Part shown: positions 49,555-62,923 of the stretch, one piece after another
How the letters are laid out: each line of letters begins with the position of its first letter
Numbering within the stretch: the stretch's first letter is position 1
Assembly: GCF_006345805.1 (NCBI RefSeq)
Contig: NC_043010.1
Location: 46,810,001 to 46,874,000 of the forward strand
Length of the DNA stretch: 64,000 bases
Direction: 5' to 3'
Source of the DNA: Octopus sinensis
Lineage: Eukaryota
Made by a program: the position numbers and the translations under genes
The notes under the pieces: model-generated
Seen by the model: only the letters and a program-made list of their open reading frames with translations
Told to the model about the DNA's origin: nothing
Databases searched by the model: none

Positions 49555-51086
49555 CTAGATATACAATTGAATGAAGAAAACGTATAAGTACATGTAATTT
49601 CAAGCATAATTAGCATGTTTAAATTAAGATTATACATTATGATTTAAAAAGAAAAGACATTATGAAGATGAGATTGTATATTTTGAATATAAACAACAAG
49701 AAATTTAGTAGTTTTATATCAAATGTAAAATCTAAATATTCTCCTTAAATAATAATTCTAGAAAATCATCTATTAGAAATCATTTAAAAAAATATATATT
49801 TGCAAGTCCCAAACTTATTTTATTACAGTAGCATTACCTGAAGAATTGTGAGTCATAAGTGCATCTAAGGCAAGCTAGCTTGGCTAAGTTCATTTGTCAA
49901 TATTATATTCAAGAAAAGTGTGGCAAGCTGGCAGAATCATTAGCACACCAGACGAAATGCTTAGCAACATTTTGCCTGTCTTTACATTCTTAGTCCAAAT
50001 TCCGCTAAGGCCAACTTTGCCTTTCATCTTATTAGGGTTGATAAAATAAGTAGCAGTTGAGTATTGGGGTCCGAAATTGCTGGTCATTTTTTTGTGCCAA
50101 AATTTAAAATGAATATTATATTCAAGAGCAGATTTTAACTCCACATCATGGATTAACAAAGCATACATTGTTGATCCTCTTTACCATGCCAAGATAAATT
50201 TTTACCATTTCAATGCTTAGTGCATAAGATATTTCTAGGTGTCCATCAACAAGATATCATGTTGATTGAAAAGAACACGCATTCCATTGAAATTTTAAAT
50301 GGAAATCATTTATTTTTCTAATCGTAAACAAAATGTGTAATGCCATTACTATCAACAACAGAGGAGATATTTACACGGGTAAAGAGTTCAACAGTTGATA
50401 TAAGAAGGGAGATCAAATGGATTGATAAGTCCTACTGGAATGCTTCATTAGATATTCCTCCTGCAAGTGTATTTGTCATTTAATATAACGAGGCACCATT
50501 TATAGGGTATTGACGGTTAAATCTTTGGTTATCGGATTGACACCCAGTTAATTCACCTACTTATGTTTCTCTGACTTAATTAGTATAATTAGAACTAAAT
50601 AACTTTAAAAAATAAAAACTGGCACTCCATCGGTTACAATGACAAGAGTTTCAGCTGATCCAATTAACAGGACAGCCCACCCATGAAATAAATGTGTAAG
50701 TGGCTGAGAACTCCACAGACACACGTACCTTTAATATAGTTCTTAGAGAGATTCAGTGTGACATAGAATGTGATATAACTGGCCCATTGAAATACAGGTG
50801 CTGTTCAATTTTGCCAGCTGACTGGACTGGAGCAATGAAAAATAAAGCGTCTTACTCAAGGACACAATACACTGCCAAGAATTGAACTCATGATCATACA
50901 ATCATGTGCCAAATGCCCTCACCACTTCGCCACGTGCCTTCACAGAACTACATAGCTATAACAGATTGAACATAACTACTTTATTTGCCCTTTTTCTTCT
51001 GCAAAGATATCAAAATAAACTAAAAATGAAAAGAGAAAGATATGCATAACAGTACAAATGCAAAAACGTATTACTTCTTTATTTAC

Positions 51087-51175
51087 CTGAGATTCATCCA
51101 ACAAGGAAAATGAGGTATCACTGTAATTAACAGGTTTGGAGATACTTCTGCGACAAGATTTAAGCACATCAGAAC
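51087..51175 (-). CDS. HAUS8: HAUS8-like coding exon 6 (SDVLKSCRRSISKPVNYSDTSFSLLDESQ)
   Basis: Acceptor gttaccag|GT, donor CAG|gtaaat, 89 bp, phase 1-0. Confidence 0.8.
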
Positions 51176-52519
51176 CTGGTAACACAGACATAAATTCAGA
51201 CAGTTTCAAGAGTTTACAACACTATTATGCAAACTTTATTAACTCTGCAATACTAACAAGTAGACTTTATTCAGTTTACATTGTCCAGAGATATTTTATT
51301 GATTCATGTCTTTACACCTTTACATCACATCTTAATACAATGAGAAAAATTAGATCACATCCTCTATGCTGTTGTTTATCATCATCATCATCGTTTAACG
51401 TCCGTTTTCCATGCTAGCATGGGTTGGACGGTCCAACTGGGGGCTGGGAAGCCAGTAGGCTGTGCCAGGCCCAGTATGATCTGGCAGTGTTTCTACAGCT
51501 GGATGCCCTTCCTAACGCCAACCACTCCGTGAGTGTAGTGGGTGCTATTTACGTGCCAACTGCACAGGTGCCAGATGAGGCTGGCAAACGGCCACGATCG
51601 GATGGTGCTTTTTACGTGCCATCGGCACAGGAATCACATGGGACTCAAAAGTAATTTTTTTTTCAACATAATTATAATTAAATCATTAAAATGTATGAGG
51701 AAACAACATCAGTATGTTTTTTTTTTCCCATTAAATTCTGATATAATCTACACCATCTGAAACATATTTGTAGAATATTTCATTAACAAATATTAATTTC
51801 TCAAAGTTATGAGGAGACAAAATTGGTGGGACATATTTCTGTAGTCATACGTTCGATGACAAATGACTGAGATTTCTAGGGATTTGCAGTGCTTGAGAAT
51901 ACTCATCAAGCAGAGTGAAATTGTGGTTATGAGCAGTGCCAATGATATGTAAAAGGCACCTGTGTTGGTGACAAGTAAAAGGCATCTATGCTGTGACACG
52001 TAAAAAGCATCCATGCCAGTGACACATAAGAGACACCAAGTACACTCTGTAAAATGGTTGGCATTATGATGGGCATCCAGCCATAGAAACCAAGCCAAAA
52101 CAGACAACTGGAACCTGGTGCAACTCTGGCTTACCAGCAATGGTCAAACTACCTAACATGCCAGCATGGAAAACAGATGTTAAATGATGATGATGATGAA
52201 GACACCTTTCATTTATTTACTGAGCAAGTGAGTACTATTAAATGATACAAATTAAAATTAAACAAAACATCAACAAAATTACACAAATTTGAAATCAAAT
52301 GAATATCATTTAGCAACAAGCACAAAACTGCCCAGAAGGAAGTCTTTCTGCAAGTAATTAATAATGAGTTAAAAAACAAAATTGTGAACAACAAAAACAT
52401 AAAATAATGAAAACCAAAATAGAAAAAATTTATTTTTTAATCATTTATTAAAGGCTTTTCCATGCCTTAATCCCCTGCTTAAATATCAGAGTAGACACTC
52501 AAGCAAGTAAACAGGACAT

Positions 52520-52875
52520 CTAACTTTTTAACAACTGGACGTTTTTGATGGATGCTAGACAATGATTAACTCTAAAACTCAAAACATGAAAACACTTGTT
52601 ATTAAACATGCCAAAGATCCCAACATTGACATCAAGATACAGGATGAGATTCTGCAACAGTTTGGGTTTCAAGGGTCCACAGCTTTTCAATATCCTCCCA
52701 AAAACCTGAAAGTCCTACAAGGGGTGGATGTAGGTGTCTTCAAAACAAAACCGGTTCTTCTGCTGTCAAGAGTTCTGGATGAACCTACCTCGCAGGAGGA
52801 AATGCAGATGAAGGCAGTAACATCAAACTCCCTCATTCACCACATGCCACATATCAGAGGAGGTTTCAAGTAGTG
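52520..52875 (+). mobile_element. CR1-like LINE 3' ORF fragment
   Basis: GFQG..AFQ.PKNLK.LQGVDVGVFKTK..LLLSRV.DEPT.Q.EMQM.A.TSNSLIH, a degenerate form of the common invertebrate CR1 C-terminus. Confidence 0.7.
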
Positions 52876-53214
52876 AGAGTGTAGCAAAGATAACAGCAGT
52901 GCCCCAGCATGGTCAAAGCTCTCTGGTTGAAACTAGTACAGAAAAAAATACAAGCACCAATTTGAAATATAAACAATTAACAAACCCACAGATGAAACTG
53001 GTACCACATATCTATCAGTTGCCAAGTGACAGATAGTTACATGGTTTGCGTACTATTGGTGGGCCTGCTGCTTTTTTTTAGTTTCAAATTGTTGTTTTAT
53101 AATGTCGTATATCATTTGCATTAAAATCTTTGCAGTTAATTAATAATGAAACTCTTGGCCTATATCTTAAGAAGAAAACAAAAAGCTATAGTAGGGAGTA
53201 GAATTCAAACATAC

Positions 53215-53255
53215 CTCTCTTTTCATATTTTGATGTAAACTTTTCACAAGTCTGC
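53215..53255 (-). CDS. HAUS8: HAUS8-like coding mini-exon 5 (QTCEKFTSKYEKR)
   Basis: Acceptor (t)11ag|G, donor G|gtatgt, 41 bp, phase 2-1. It is exactly the phase needed to bridge 56403 and 51175. FTSKYEK resembles the HAUS8 IESRY motif. Confidence 0.8.
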
Positions 53256-53391
53256 CTAAAAAAAAAAGAGATAAATTGAAAAAAGGCTTTAATAAAGATA
53301 TATCAATACCATTAAAAACCCAGCTTCTTAAACCCCAATTATAAAGACAGAGTTTAAAAAAATTAAGAAACACATACTATTTTCTATTGTA

Positions 53392-53512
53392 CAGACAAGA
53401 AAGTAAATTTTGAACTGCTGGTGACTTTTTGTTCATCTTATAAGGGTAAAAATAGCCAATCTTTTTGCTGTTTCCACAGCTATACTGCATTTGAAATTTA
53501 CTTTCTTGTCTG
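53392..53512. mobile_element. Tc1/mariner-type MITE (121 bp)
   Basis: TA|CAGACAAGAAAGTAAATTT...AAATTTACTTTCTTGTCTG|TA. Confidence 0.75.
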
Positions 53513-53864
53513 TAATATACCAAACAACTTGACACTTTCAAAGTTTGTCTATAAAATGTTGTTATACTATTTTCTTTCATATCATTTATCAGCTTTAATA
53601 ATGAAGTTCATACTTTATGAAGTGGCATTCTTAATTTGTTTCACAAGAAAGTCCTGTTCACATGTCATTCAGTTTCGTCTGACATAACTAGATCTTTCAT
53701 CATAACTATCCCTTCATTGCCAAAAAAAGGTGATGGAATAATCTTCACAGTAATCTTCACAGTGAACAGACAGGTCTGTTGTATATGATGGTCTTCCTTT
53801 GATATAACAAAGCAACTAACTGCAGATACTGATGGCTTTGACATTCCTTCAGTATATCAGTATA

Positions 53865-54247
53865 CTAGCAGTATCACCCAGTGTTGCTCAGGTTTGTTTT
53901 GACCCTTAAGAATTGGAATTTTTGAAAAGTAAAACTTTTGCATTATGTAGCTTTAAGTGAACATTTTTCTGGTTGAAATACACCGAAAAATGGCGACACA
54001 GCAGTAAAAAAAATCGTTAAAAATAGGGATTTTCATAGAAAAAAAGAACCTTTTTGATGTAAATAATTTTTGGTGTTAACATGGTCTGATTTGAATTTTT
54101 TTCTTTTACGGAAGGAAGAGCAAGCCTTCTTCAATCATACTCTCAATTTTGGTCAACTTGCGCCGCAGAGTCTCGGAGGAGATAGTGTTAGTTGAAGGCT
54201 ACCAAACCTGCCATACACAGACAACTTCAGCTTTATATATAGAGAGA
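53865..54247 (-). mobile_element. Second copy of the same non-autonomous Helitron (383 bp)
   Basis: Reverse-complement homolog of 30332-30722 along its whole length. 5' TCTCTCTATATATAAAG, 3' CTAG, A|T target. Confidence 0.85.
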
Positions 54248-55510
54248 TTAGAAGAGTCTTACTGACAACAACAATGTGTCTATGAGGCTTAGTCTGAATT
54301 GATAATAACTCTTGGTAGTACTGCCAAACCAAGAACTCTTGTAATTATCCATAATTCCAAACCTGGAAATCATCCAGGAAAAAATATTCTGCACACCCTT
54401 CTCAGAATATTGATTTCAAATTATGGCAAATGGCCAGCAATTTAGGAGAAGGGTGTAAGTCAATTACTAAGTATTAACTAGATTTGACGTTGCTTAACTT
54501 CGATGATTGGATGAGAACCAGTGCATTCAATGTGATATAGTTGTAAGCCATCCTTCTTAGAATATTCCCAAGGATCTTGTTGCTCATAGATTTCAGTCAA
54601 CTATAAAATACAAAAGTTGACATTCCACTGACTGAATTACCCAACTGATAGAGAGTATAAATACATGGCAACACTGTTGATGCCAAGAACCTATCCCCAG
54701 ATCAATGCTTGACAAAGAATTGTAGCTCAGTTAAAGAGAGATGAGTTGTGAGGACACATGCTTGACAAACAATAGCCACCACCACATTTCCTTCAAGAAA
54801 TCTCTGCATGAGCTTCAGCATTTTGAGACAATGTTTAGATAGGTGTGAGTAGTAGATGGAGTTGTATCTAATCAAAGAAACCTTCCTTTTCTATGAGACA
54901 TAGAACAGATATTGATTTCAAATTTGACACAAGGCCAGTAATTTCGAGGGAGTGTGTAAGTCATTACATTGACCCCCACTGTTTAACTGGTATTTATTTA
55001 ATCAACTCTGGAAGGATGAAAGGCAAAGTCAACCTCAGCAGAATTTTGAACTCATAACATGAAGACATGAAATGCTGCTAAGCATTTTGTCTAGCATGCT
55101 AATAATTCTGCTAGCTCACCACCTTTTTGGAAGAACAGATATTAAAATCAAATCTAATCAGACTTTCTCAGATCAGGAGGTAGTATATCACCAAAGTGAT
55201 GTGAACATCAATCAACTCTTCCCAAGCCTCTCAGGGATATCTTTTTCTCAGCTAATTTCTGGACTTTCTAACCAAAGAAACTTGTCTTTCCACAAGACAT
55301 TCAAGAACAGATGTTAAAATCTAGTCAAAAATTCCTAGCTCTGATACTAATATATACCAAAGTAAAGTTGGCATTGACCAACTCTATTAAACTTTTTAAG
55401 GATATCTTCTTGTTAGGTTATTTCTAAGTGAGATTGGCCATGCTATGCATCAATTCATCCCAGTTCTTATCCACTTGGAGATCTACATGAAACCAGATGG
55501 GGTATGTTAA

Positions 55511-55729
55511 CCTTTTAGCATTCAAATTGTTCTGTCAAATATAATGCTTGTTTAATTATGTTGTTTTGAATTTATCATGCATTATGCTATAGCTTTGATA
55601 TCTTGAAGATGTGATTGATTATTTTTAGAATGACATTCTAGGGGAGGTGAGAGAAGCCAGATCCAGCAAGTTTCAACATGAAACAGGTAGAATATTTGGA
55701 CAGATACAGCCACTTTAAATGCTAATGGG
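55511..55729. mobile_element. piggyBac-type MITE, second copy
   Basis: TTAA|CCTTTTAGCATT...AATGCTAATGGG|TTAA. Internal similarity to 45887-46107. Confidence 0.75.
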
Positions 55730-56402
55730 TTAAAGGTTCCCTCAGTCCAACAACAAATATTGACCAGTTTGGACTTGCTTCTCAGGATACCATATTTCAA
55801 GTCAACTAACTTTTCCTACTTAATATGTACTCTTATTACCAACTCATTCTTCCAATTTGGTGCAGATCACTCTGATATCAAAGACAATAATGCTAATAAT
55901 TGGCAGGCTGGTTTCAATTCCAATTTCCAGCATGTGGTTAAGTATATGGTTCCTAGCTCAACAGAAAAGTATCTTCTGTGATTGTCACAGCATCTTGTGA
56001 GTTGATTTCTGGTAGGCATAAGTGGATGTGTGTGGACGTTTATATGAGTGTATACTTGTGTGTTGAGTCACACCTCTATCAAAAAGGTAATTCAAGAAAC
56101 TAGGATCAATAATATACCATAATGAAATAAGTATTAAGGTTATTATAATCAACTAAAATATTTGACAATGGTACTCCAATACCACCTTAAAATATTTTAG
56201 TTAAATATATACCAAACTTCAAATGAAACTAATAAAAGGAGATAGAACATCTGGAGATGGTTCCATTCATAAATTAATAAAATTCAGAGATAAAAAAAAG
56301 AAACTCAAAATTATAGATTATCCATTGGTTATACAGTAAACATTAATTTTAACCAAAATACTAACCTCAAAACAATGAAAAGGGGGAAAAAAAATCACTC
56401 AC

Positions 56403-56611
56403 TGTTTTGTTGTCAACCTTTCTCTGTGCTTCCTGTAACAAGATATTTTGCCCGTAGAAGCACTCAAACAATGAGAGGCTTCCAATTTAGGAGTAGATTT
56501 ATCATTTGGGAAAACAGAATCACAAACAGATGTAGGAGTCTTGAAATGACAACTGTTGTATAAAATTCCAACGGGTCTCCTGTTCTCTTTAGAAGAATCA
56601 CAATTCTTGCA
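56403..56611 (-). CDS. HAUS8: HAUS8-like coding exon 4 (CKNCDSSKENRRPVG...RERLTTK)
   Basis: Acceptor ttttcag|TGC, donor CA|gtgagt, 209 bp, phase 0-2. Confidence 0.8.
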
Positions 56612-57819
56612 CTGAAAATTAAGGCAAAACATCCTTACATTCATTACAACAGCAATGATAAAAGTATCAAAATGCTCTTAAAAATAAATTGCCATGCAGG
56701 TGTGGTTGTGTGGTAAGAAGCTTGCTTCCCTGCCATAAGGTTTCACTCTATGCTTTGAAAGGCTTGTAGAATAAAAAGTCCTTTACTTGATAAACAAGTA
56801 AGAGTTAGTAACAGAAAGAGCATCCAAGTTATAGATCCTGTCCCAAATAATTCCCCTTCCAGCCCATGCCGGCATGGAAAAAGAAACATTAATGAACAAA
56901 GACTAGCTTATTACAGCACTGACACTGAAACACTAAAGTGAGATGGCTTTATGGAGGGTAGAACACATGATCCACCTATCAGAGTCATTATGATCATAAG
57001 AAAGAAAAACAATGACATTTAGCACCCTATTATCATTTGAAACCACCAACACTTTTTCTAAGATATAACATATCTTTTACTTCCTTAAAATCTAAAGTAT
57101 CCTATTCCATATCTATTCCCATCTACCCATCTTCTCTACCCACTATTCCTGGAAGAGTTATGGGAATAGAGTTCTCAGATACCTCCTCCATAGGGTTCTA
57201 TCAGAAACAACCACCATCAGATTTTCCAGCTGGATTCCTGAATATGTCAAATTAAGGTGGTTATTATCCAACCATCTCATTCTTGGTCTACCCCTAGGTA
57301 TCCTTGGCTTCAAGAATGTCTTGAGATTCTTCCTTCTGCCATTCTAGTCACAGTACTGGAGTTCTAAATCAGACAAAGAAATCATCCCATCATCACAATC
57401 GTCATTATTTAAGGTCTATTTTCCATGTTGGAATGGATCGAATGCATTGACAGGATCTGGTAAGCAGCAGAGCAGCACCATGCCCCAGTGTCAGTATCAA
57501 CATGTTTTGTTTTCTATGATTGGATGCCCTTCCTAACACTAACCACCTTACAATGTGTAATGGTAACAGCTCAACCTGGAGAAACTCCCTGATCTCTGAG
57601 CTATGCACCCTGTTGAATAATGTTACTCCAGAAATTCTTCAGAAGAACACCATATTCAATTTCTTAATGTAAATTTATTTACAAGAAAATTCTAAATTTA
57701 AATATTTTCCATATTAGGAATTGTACCCAGATTACCTGAGTGTAATCCTAAAGGTTACTCACTAATGGAAATAAATTCACACTAAAATTAAGCAAAAGAA
57801 AAAAAAAAATCTTCTGTAC

Positions 57820-57898
57820 CTGCTGTTTATCACAATCAGACAGATCACTGTCTCGGCGACGTGAAGACATGGCAATACTATCCTTACTAGATTCATAA
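57820..57898 (-). CDS. HAUS8: HAUS8-like coding exon 3 (YESSKDSIAMSSRRRDSDLSDCDKQQ)
   Basis: Acceptor ttttctag|T, donor CAG|gtacag, 79 bp, phase 2-0. Confidence 0.8.
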
Positions 57899-58476
57899 CT
57901 AGAAAATAAGAGAAAAATACATTAATTAGAAAAATACATTAATAGGTGCAGGTGTGGTGGTGTGATAACAAGCTTTCTTCCCAACCACATGGTTCTGGGT
58001 TCAGTCCCACTGTGTGGCACCTAGGGCACGTGTCTTCTTCTATAGCCTCAGCCCAACCAAAGCCTTTTCAGTGGATTTGATAGATGGAAACTGAAAGAAA
58101 CCCATCATATGTGTGTGTGTGTGTCTGTCCTCCTATCTTTGCTTGACAACTGGTGTTTGTGTGTTTACATCCCTGTAACTTAGTGGTTCAGCAAAAGAGA
58201 CCAGTAGCATAATTACTAGGTTTAAGAAATATGTCCTGGGCCAATTCATTTGACCAAAAAAACCCTTCAAGGCAATGTTCTAGCATGGCCACAGTCAAAT
58301 AACTGAAACAAATAAAAGAGTAATTAATACAAGAGTAACATAAACTGAAGGGAATACATTAATATCCAACCACAGGGTTTGGGGTTCAGTCCCATTGCAT
58401 GGCAAGTATCTTCTGCTATAGCCCGAAGTCAACTAAATCCTAGATTTCATAGATGGAACCTAAAAGAAACCATCAT

Positions 58477-59680
58477 CATCATTGTTTAACATCCGCTTTC
58501 CATGCTGGCATGGGTTGGACGATTAAACTGAGGACTGGTGAACCAGATGGCCGCACCAGGCTCCAATCTGATCTGGCATAGTTTCTACAACTGGATGCTC
58601 TTCCTAATGCCAACCACTCTGAGTGTGTAGTGGGTGCTTTTACGTGCCACCGGTACAAGGGCCAATCAGGGGGTACTGGCAACAGCCACGCTCAAATGGC
58701 GTTTTTTACATGCCACTTGCACGGGAGCCAGTCCAGCAGCACTGGCAACGACCTTCCTCGAATATTTTTTCCCGTTCCACTGGCTCAAGTGCCAGTGAGG
58801 TTACGCTGGTAACGATCATGCTCGAATGGTGTGTTTTACATGCCACTGGCACAGAAGCCAGTCAGCTGCACTGGCAACGATCACACTTTAATGGTGCTCT
58901 TAGTACTCCACTAGCACGGATGCCAGTCATCAATTTCAATTGCCTCAGCAGGTCTTCGCAAGCAGAGTTCAGTGTCCAATGAAGGAAAGGTATGCATAAG
59001 TGGGCTGGTTACACCCCTGGCATAGGCCAGGAGGTTATGGTCTCACTTGACTTGCCGAGTCTTCTCAAGCATAGCATATTTCCAAAGATCTCGGTCACTA
59101 GTCACTGCCTTGGTGAGGCCTAATGTTTGAAGGTCGTGCTTCACCACCTCATCCCAGGTCTTTCTGGGTCTGCCTCTTCCACAGGTTCCCTCAACCACAA
59201 GGGTGTGGCACTTTTTCACACAGCTATCCTCATCCATTCTCGCCACATGACCATACCAGTGCAGTCATCTCTCTTGCACACCACATCTGATGCTTCTTAG
59301 GTCCAACTTTTCTCTCAAGGTACTTACACTCTGTCGAGTATGCACACTGACATTACACATCCAGTGGAGCATACTGACTTCATTCCTTGCAAGCTTATGC
59401 ATGTCCTCAGCAGTCACAGCCCATGCTTCACTGCCATGTAACATGGATATTCGTACACATGCATCATACAGTCTACCTTTTACTCTGAGCTAGAGGCCCT
59501 TTGTCACCATCAGAGGTAAGAGCTCTCTGAACTTTGCCCAGGCTATTCTTATTCTAGTAGCTACACTTTCAGTGCACCCACCCCATCTACTGATTTGGTC
59601 ACCTAGGTAACAGAAGCTATCAACTACTTCTAGTTTTTCTCCCAGCAATGTGGCAGTTGTTGTTCTATGCATGTGCATGT
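58477..59680 (-). mobile_element. RTE-like LINE 3' portion with complete 3' UTR ending in (GAT)n
   Basis: LEVVDSFCYLGDQIS..GGCTESVATRIRIAWAKFRELLP and GHMARMDEDSCVKKC...GRGRPRKTWDEVVKHDL...DRDLWKYAMLEK, followed by a UTR with tandem units and a GATGATGATG tail. Confidence 0.88.
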
Positions 59681-61011
59681 GTTATTGTCCCCTTGCCTTG
59701 ATACTACATGATACTTGTAAGTAAGTGTCACCATCATACAGTGTCATTTATTTCTAGTCTTCCACAAAAATATAAAAAGCAAAAAAATACTATAAGTTCT
59801 AAATCAGACATGGAAATCATTGTATCATCACCATCTTCATTATTTAAGGTATATTTTCCATGTTGGAATGGATTGAATGCAGAGCTGCACCATGCTCCAG
59901 TGTCAGTATCAGCATATTTTATTTTCTATGATTGGATGCCCTTCCTAACAATGTGTAATGGTATTTTTTTTTCTCACAAGCACTACCATCATCTTATTTA
60001 AATAAGTGAGTAATTTCTGAATTACCAAATAAATTGATGTAACAAATCATATGTCTGTTTTCCATGGTGGTATTGTATAGATTTATTCAAATGTTACAGA
60101 GTTAAACAACTGAAATGATTTGGAAGAAAACACACATGTTTGTGTTGTAGACAACAGTGTGTTTACATGGAATATCTTTTGTCCAGTCCTTAGAGCAGTC
60201 TGCCACTAAATATGTGAAAGGAAAAGTTTTAAAGGGTCCCGGGCTCACATGAAAGAAGTTTGTGTATGTGTGTTAAATATGTAAGTTATATTATTATGAT
60301 TTAATATAAAAAGATGTCTACATCTCTTAATAACTCAAGCATGCTGAGAGTCACTATGATAATTAGGACTGTGAGAAAGAGCAACCAAATCTCACACAAA
60401 TTACAAACCATCATCTTGAAAGGAACAAGACACATTAGCCCTTTTGATAGCAAGCTGCCTGAAACTGTCCCTGGTTCTATGATACAAACTCTGTTTTAAA
60501 GTGACCTTAAAACCTTCCAGCAAAATTTCCCAGTAATTTTTATTTCAGATTCCAGCTTAATAATAGCAAAACTATTTTCACAAATTAGTTATTTTCAAAA
60601 TTAACTGAAATAAAAACTGGTTATAAAAGGGTTAAAGATGATTTTAAATGCTACTAAAGAAAGATCAGAGGGTCAAATCTAAACAACAAAACAACTTAGG
60701 AAGATTCATGAGTATTGAGTTCATTTTTTGCTACAAGCCTCAGATTATATATCTGGGCAAACTCATTTGATTCTGCTTGCTATATAGTTCTCTTCAGTGG
60801 AGATATCTGCAGTGATTTCATGCAAAATTACCTCATTCACTATCATTTTATCTGTAAAGTTTTTCTTTTTTTTTGTAAACTACTTAATATTACAGAAAGT
60901 AGATTGAACAAACACCAATATTAAGAAATCATTAGCATATTTTCCTTTAATTCAATAATTTTATTTAGCTCAATTAGTTTAATGCATTTTTTAAAGAAAT
61001 CCAAACCCTAC

Positions 61012-61198
61012 CTGTTCTGAGAGAAAAGTGCTCCAGTTGCAATTTTATGGCGAATTTCATATGCTTTTGTTGGCACTATTGTATGTCTTCTATTATAATT
61101 GGAGCCGCTTGAAGGAAGAGAATCTCTATTTGAAGGGCCAAGAGTTTCACGCCGATCATACAAAGTAGAACCAAAGGATTGGTCCTTGTCCAAAGTTC
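61012..61198 (-). CDS. HAUS8: HAUS8-like coding exon 2 (TLDKDQSFGSTLYDRRETL...ALFSQN)
   Basis: Acceptor ctttttcaag|GA, donor AG|gtagg, 187 bp, phase 1-2. Overlaps ORF 61008-61193. Confidence 0.8.
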
Positions 61199-62844
61199 CT
61201 TGAAAAAGATAAAATGAAAAGGTGTTTTACATGTGTGTGTGTGTGTTTATCACCATCACTTGACAAGGCAGTTGTATTTTCTATATTGTTAACAACCATC
61301 ATAATAAACATATAGGTAAATGGGGCCATCTCAACAAGCAATTAATACTGTTGTTCTTCATTCATTTATCATCATCATCGTGTAACGTCTTTCTCCATGC
61401 TAGCATGGGTTGGACGGTTCGACCGGGATCTGGGAAGCCAGAAGGCTGCACCAGGCTCACATTGATTTTTATACTTGGTAAACTTCTGAATCAAGAACAA
61501 CATGACTTCTCTACTAAACGCTGCAAATATTGTCAAACATAACCATTACCAATTAGTGACCTCTAAGGTTTTGCTACATATACCTATCCCTACTGAAACG
61601 TGGAAGTTCTATTACAACTATACTGTGGTAGACGTTCTGTTAGAACAAACTATACTGTGGTAGATACCATGAGGGAAATTCTCATACTGGCTTTTGGTGC
61701 AAAATACATGCTTGTTTATATCGCTAGCAGGGAGATAAATCTCTGCCATCTCCATCACTGAGACCACCAGATCATGTGATTTCAACCGTTCTTGGTCTTA
61801 TCAATGATGGATGCTCTAAGAGAACTTCCACAATTAAGGGATGATAAATATAACCTCTTGGTATTGACACTGTCTATGCTGCTTTTATGTATGTGTGCAT
61901 GTGTACACATATGTACACACATGGTAAGGCCTTGTGAGTAGTATTGGTAGACAGAAGCTGTGTGGAAGCAAATCATATACCCTTATCGTCATCATTTTAT
62001 ATTTACTTCCTAAGCTGATATGGGTTGGATAGGTTGACAGGATCCAACAGGTCAGAGGGTCATGTCTTGTTCCAATGTCTGTTTCAACATGATTTCTATG
62101 ACTGAAAAGCAGACAGAATGATAGTAATGATGATAGCTACACAATAAAATAAACAATACAAGCATAAATATGTGAACATATGGTCTTGCACATCACCATC
62201 ATCAATTAACATCTATTTTCCATGCTAGCATGGGTTGGATGGTTTGACAGGAACTAGCAAGCCAGAAGACTGCACAGGGCTCGACTGTTTTGGTATGGTT
62301 TTTACAACTGGATGCCCTTCCAAATGCCAACCACCTTACAGAGTGGCCTGGGTGCTTTTTACATGACACCAGCATCAATGAGGTTTACTTTGGCATGGTT
62401 TTTACAGATGGATGCCTTTCAAAATGCCAACCACTTTACAGTGTGGACAAGATGTTTTTTTACATGGCAGCAGGGTCACCAAATAACTAGCAAGACAAAG
62501 ATCCTTTGAGGTGGGGGTACTGGGGGAAGTGTTCTTGTGCTAGGTAATGAGAGGTTAGAGTGTGATAGCCAATATAGACAGAAAGACAAATGCATTTAAT
62601 CAGACAAATTTTAATAGAAAATTTGAAATGCAAAACAGAAATTTACAGACGAATTCTAAAGATCATAATTGTAATGTAGTTTCATCATGTTAGGGTCTTT
62701 CAAGTAACAAGTCGACATCTACTTCAGACAAAAAAAACATGTTATCCACAACAAACATCAGTTAATTTTTAATTTTTTTACAAAATTAAGATCCATATAT
62801 GTAACTATATCTTTTGTCAGTACATTGTACAAAACAATACATAC

Positions 62845-62923
62845 GTTTATGTGGAATAACTCCATGGCTGTGGCGTCTATCCTTATATTCCTTTGAATCC
62901 ACTAATGCTTGCACCAAATGCAT
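62845..62923 (-). CDS. HAUS8: HAUS8-like coding exon 1 (MHLVQALVDSKEYKDRRHSHGVIPHK)
   Basis: Acceptor ctatctgcag|A ATG, donor C|gtatgt. Its phase 1 end joins 61198. It could also be an internal exon if a coding exon lies upstream. Confidence 0.7.

Noticed and set aside
58638-58935. Regularly spaced ~65-bp units resembling a CRISPR array
   Set aside because: Units are diverged along their entire length with no unique spacers, lie inside a LINE 3' UTR in a eukaryotic intron, and no cas genes are present.
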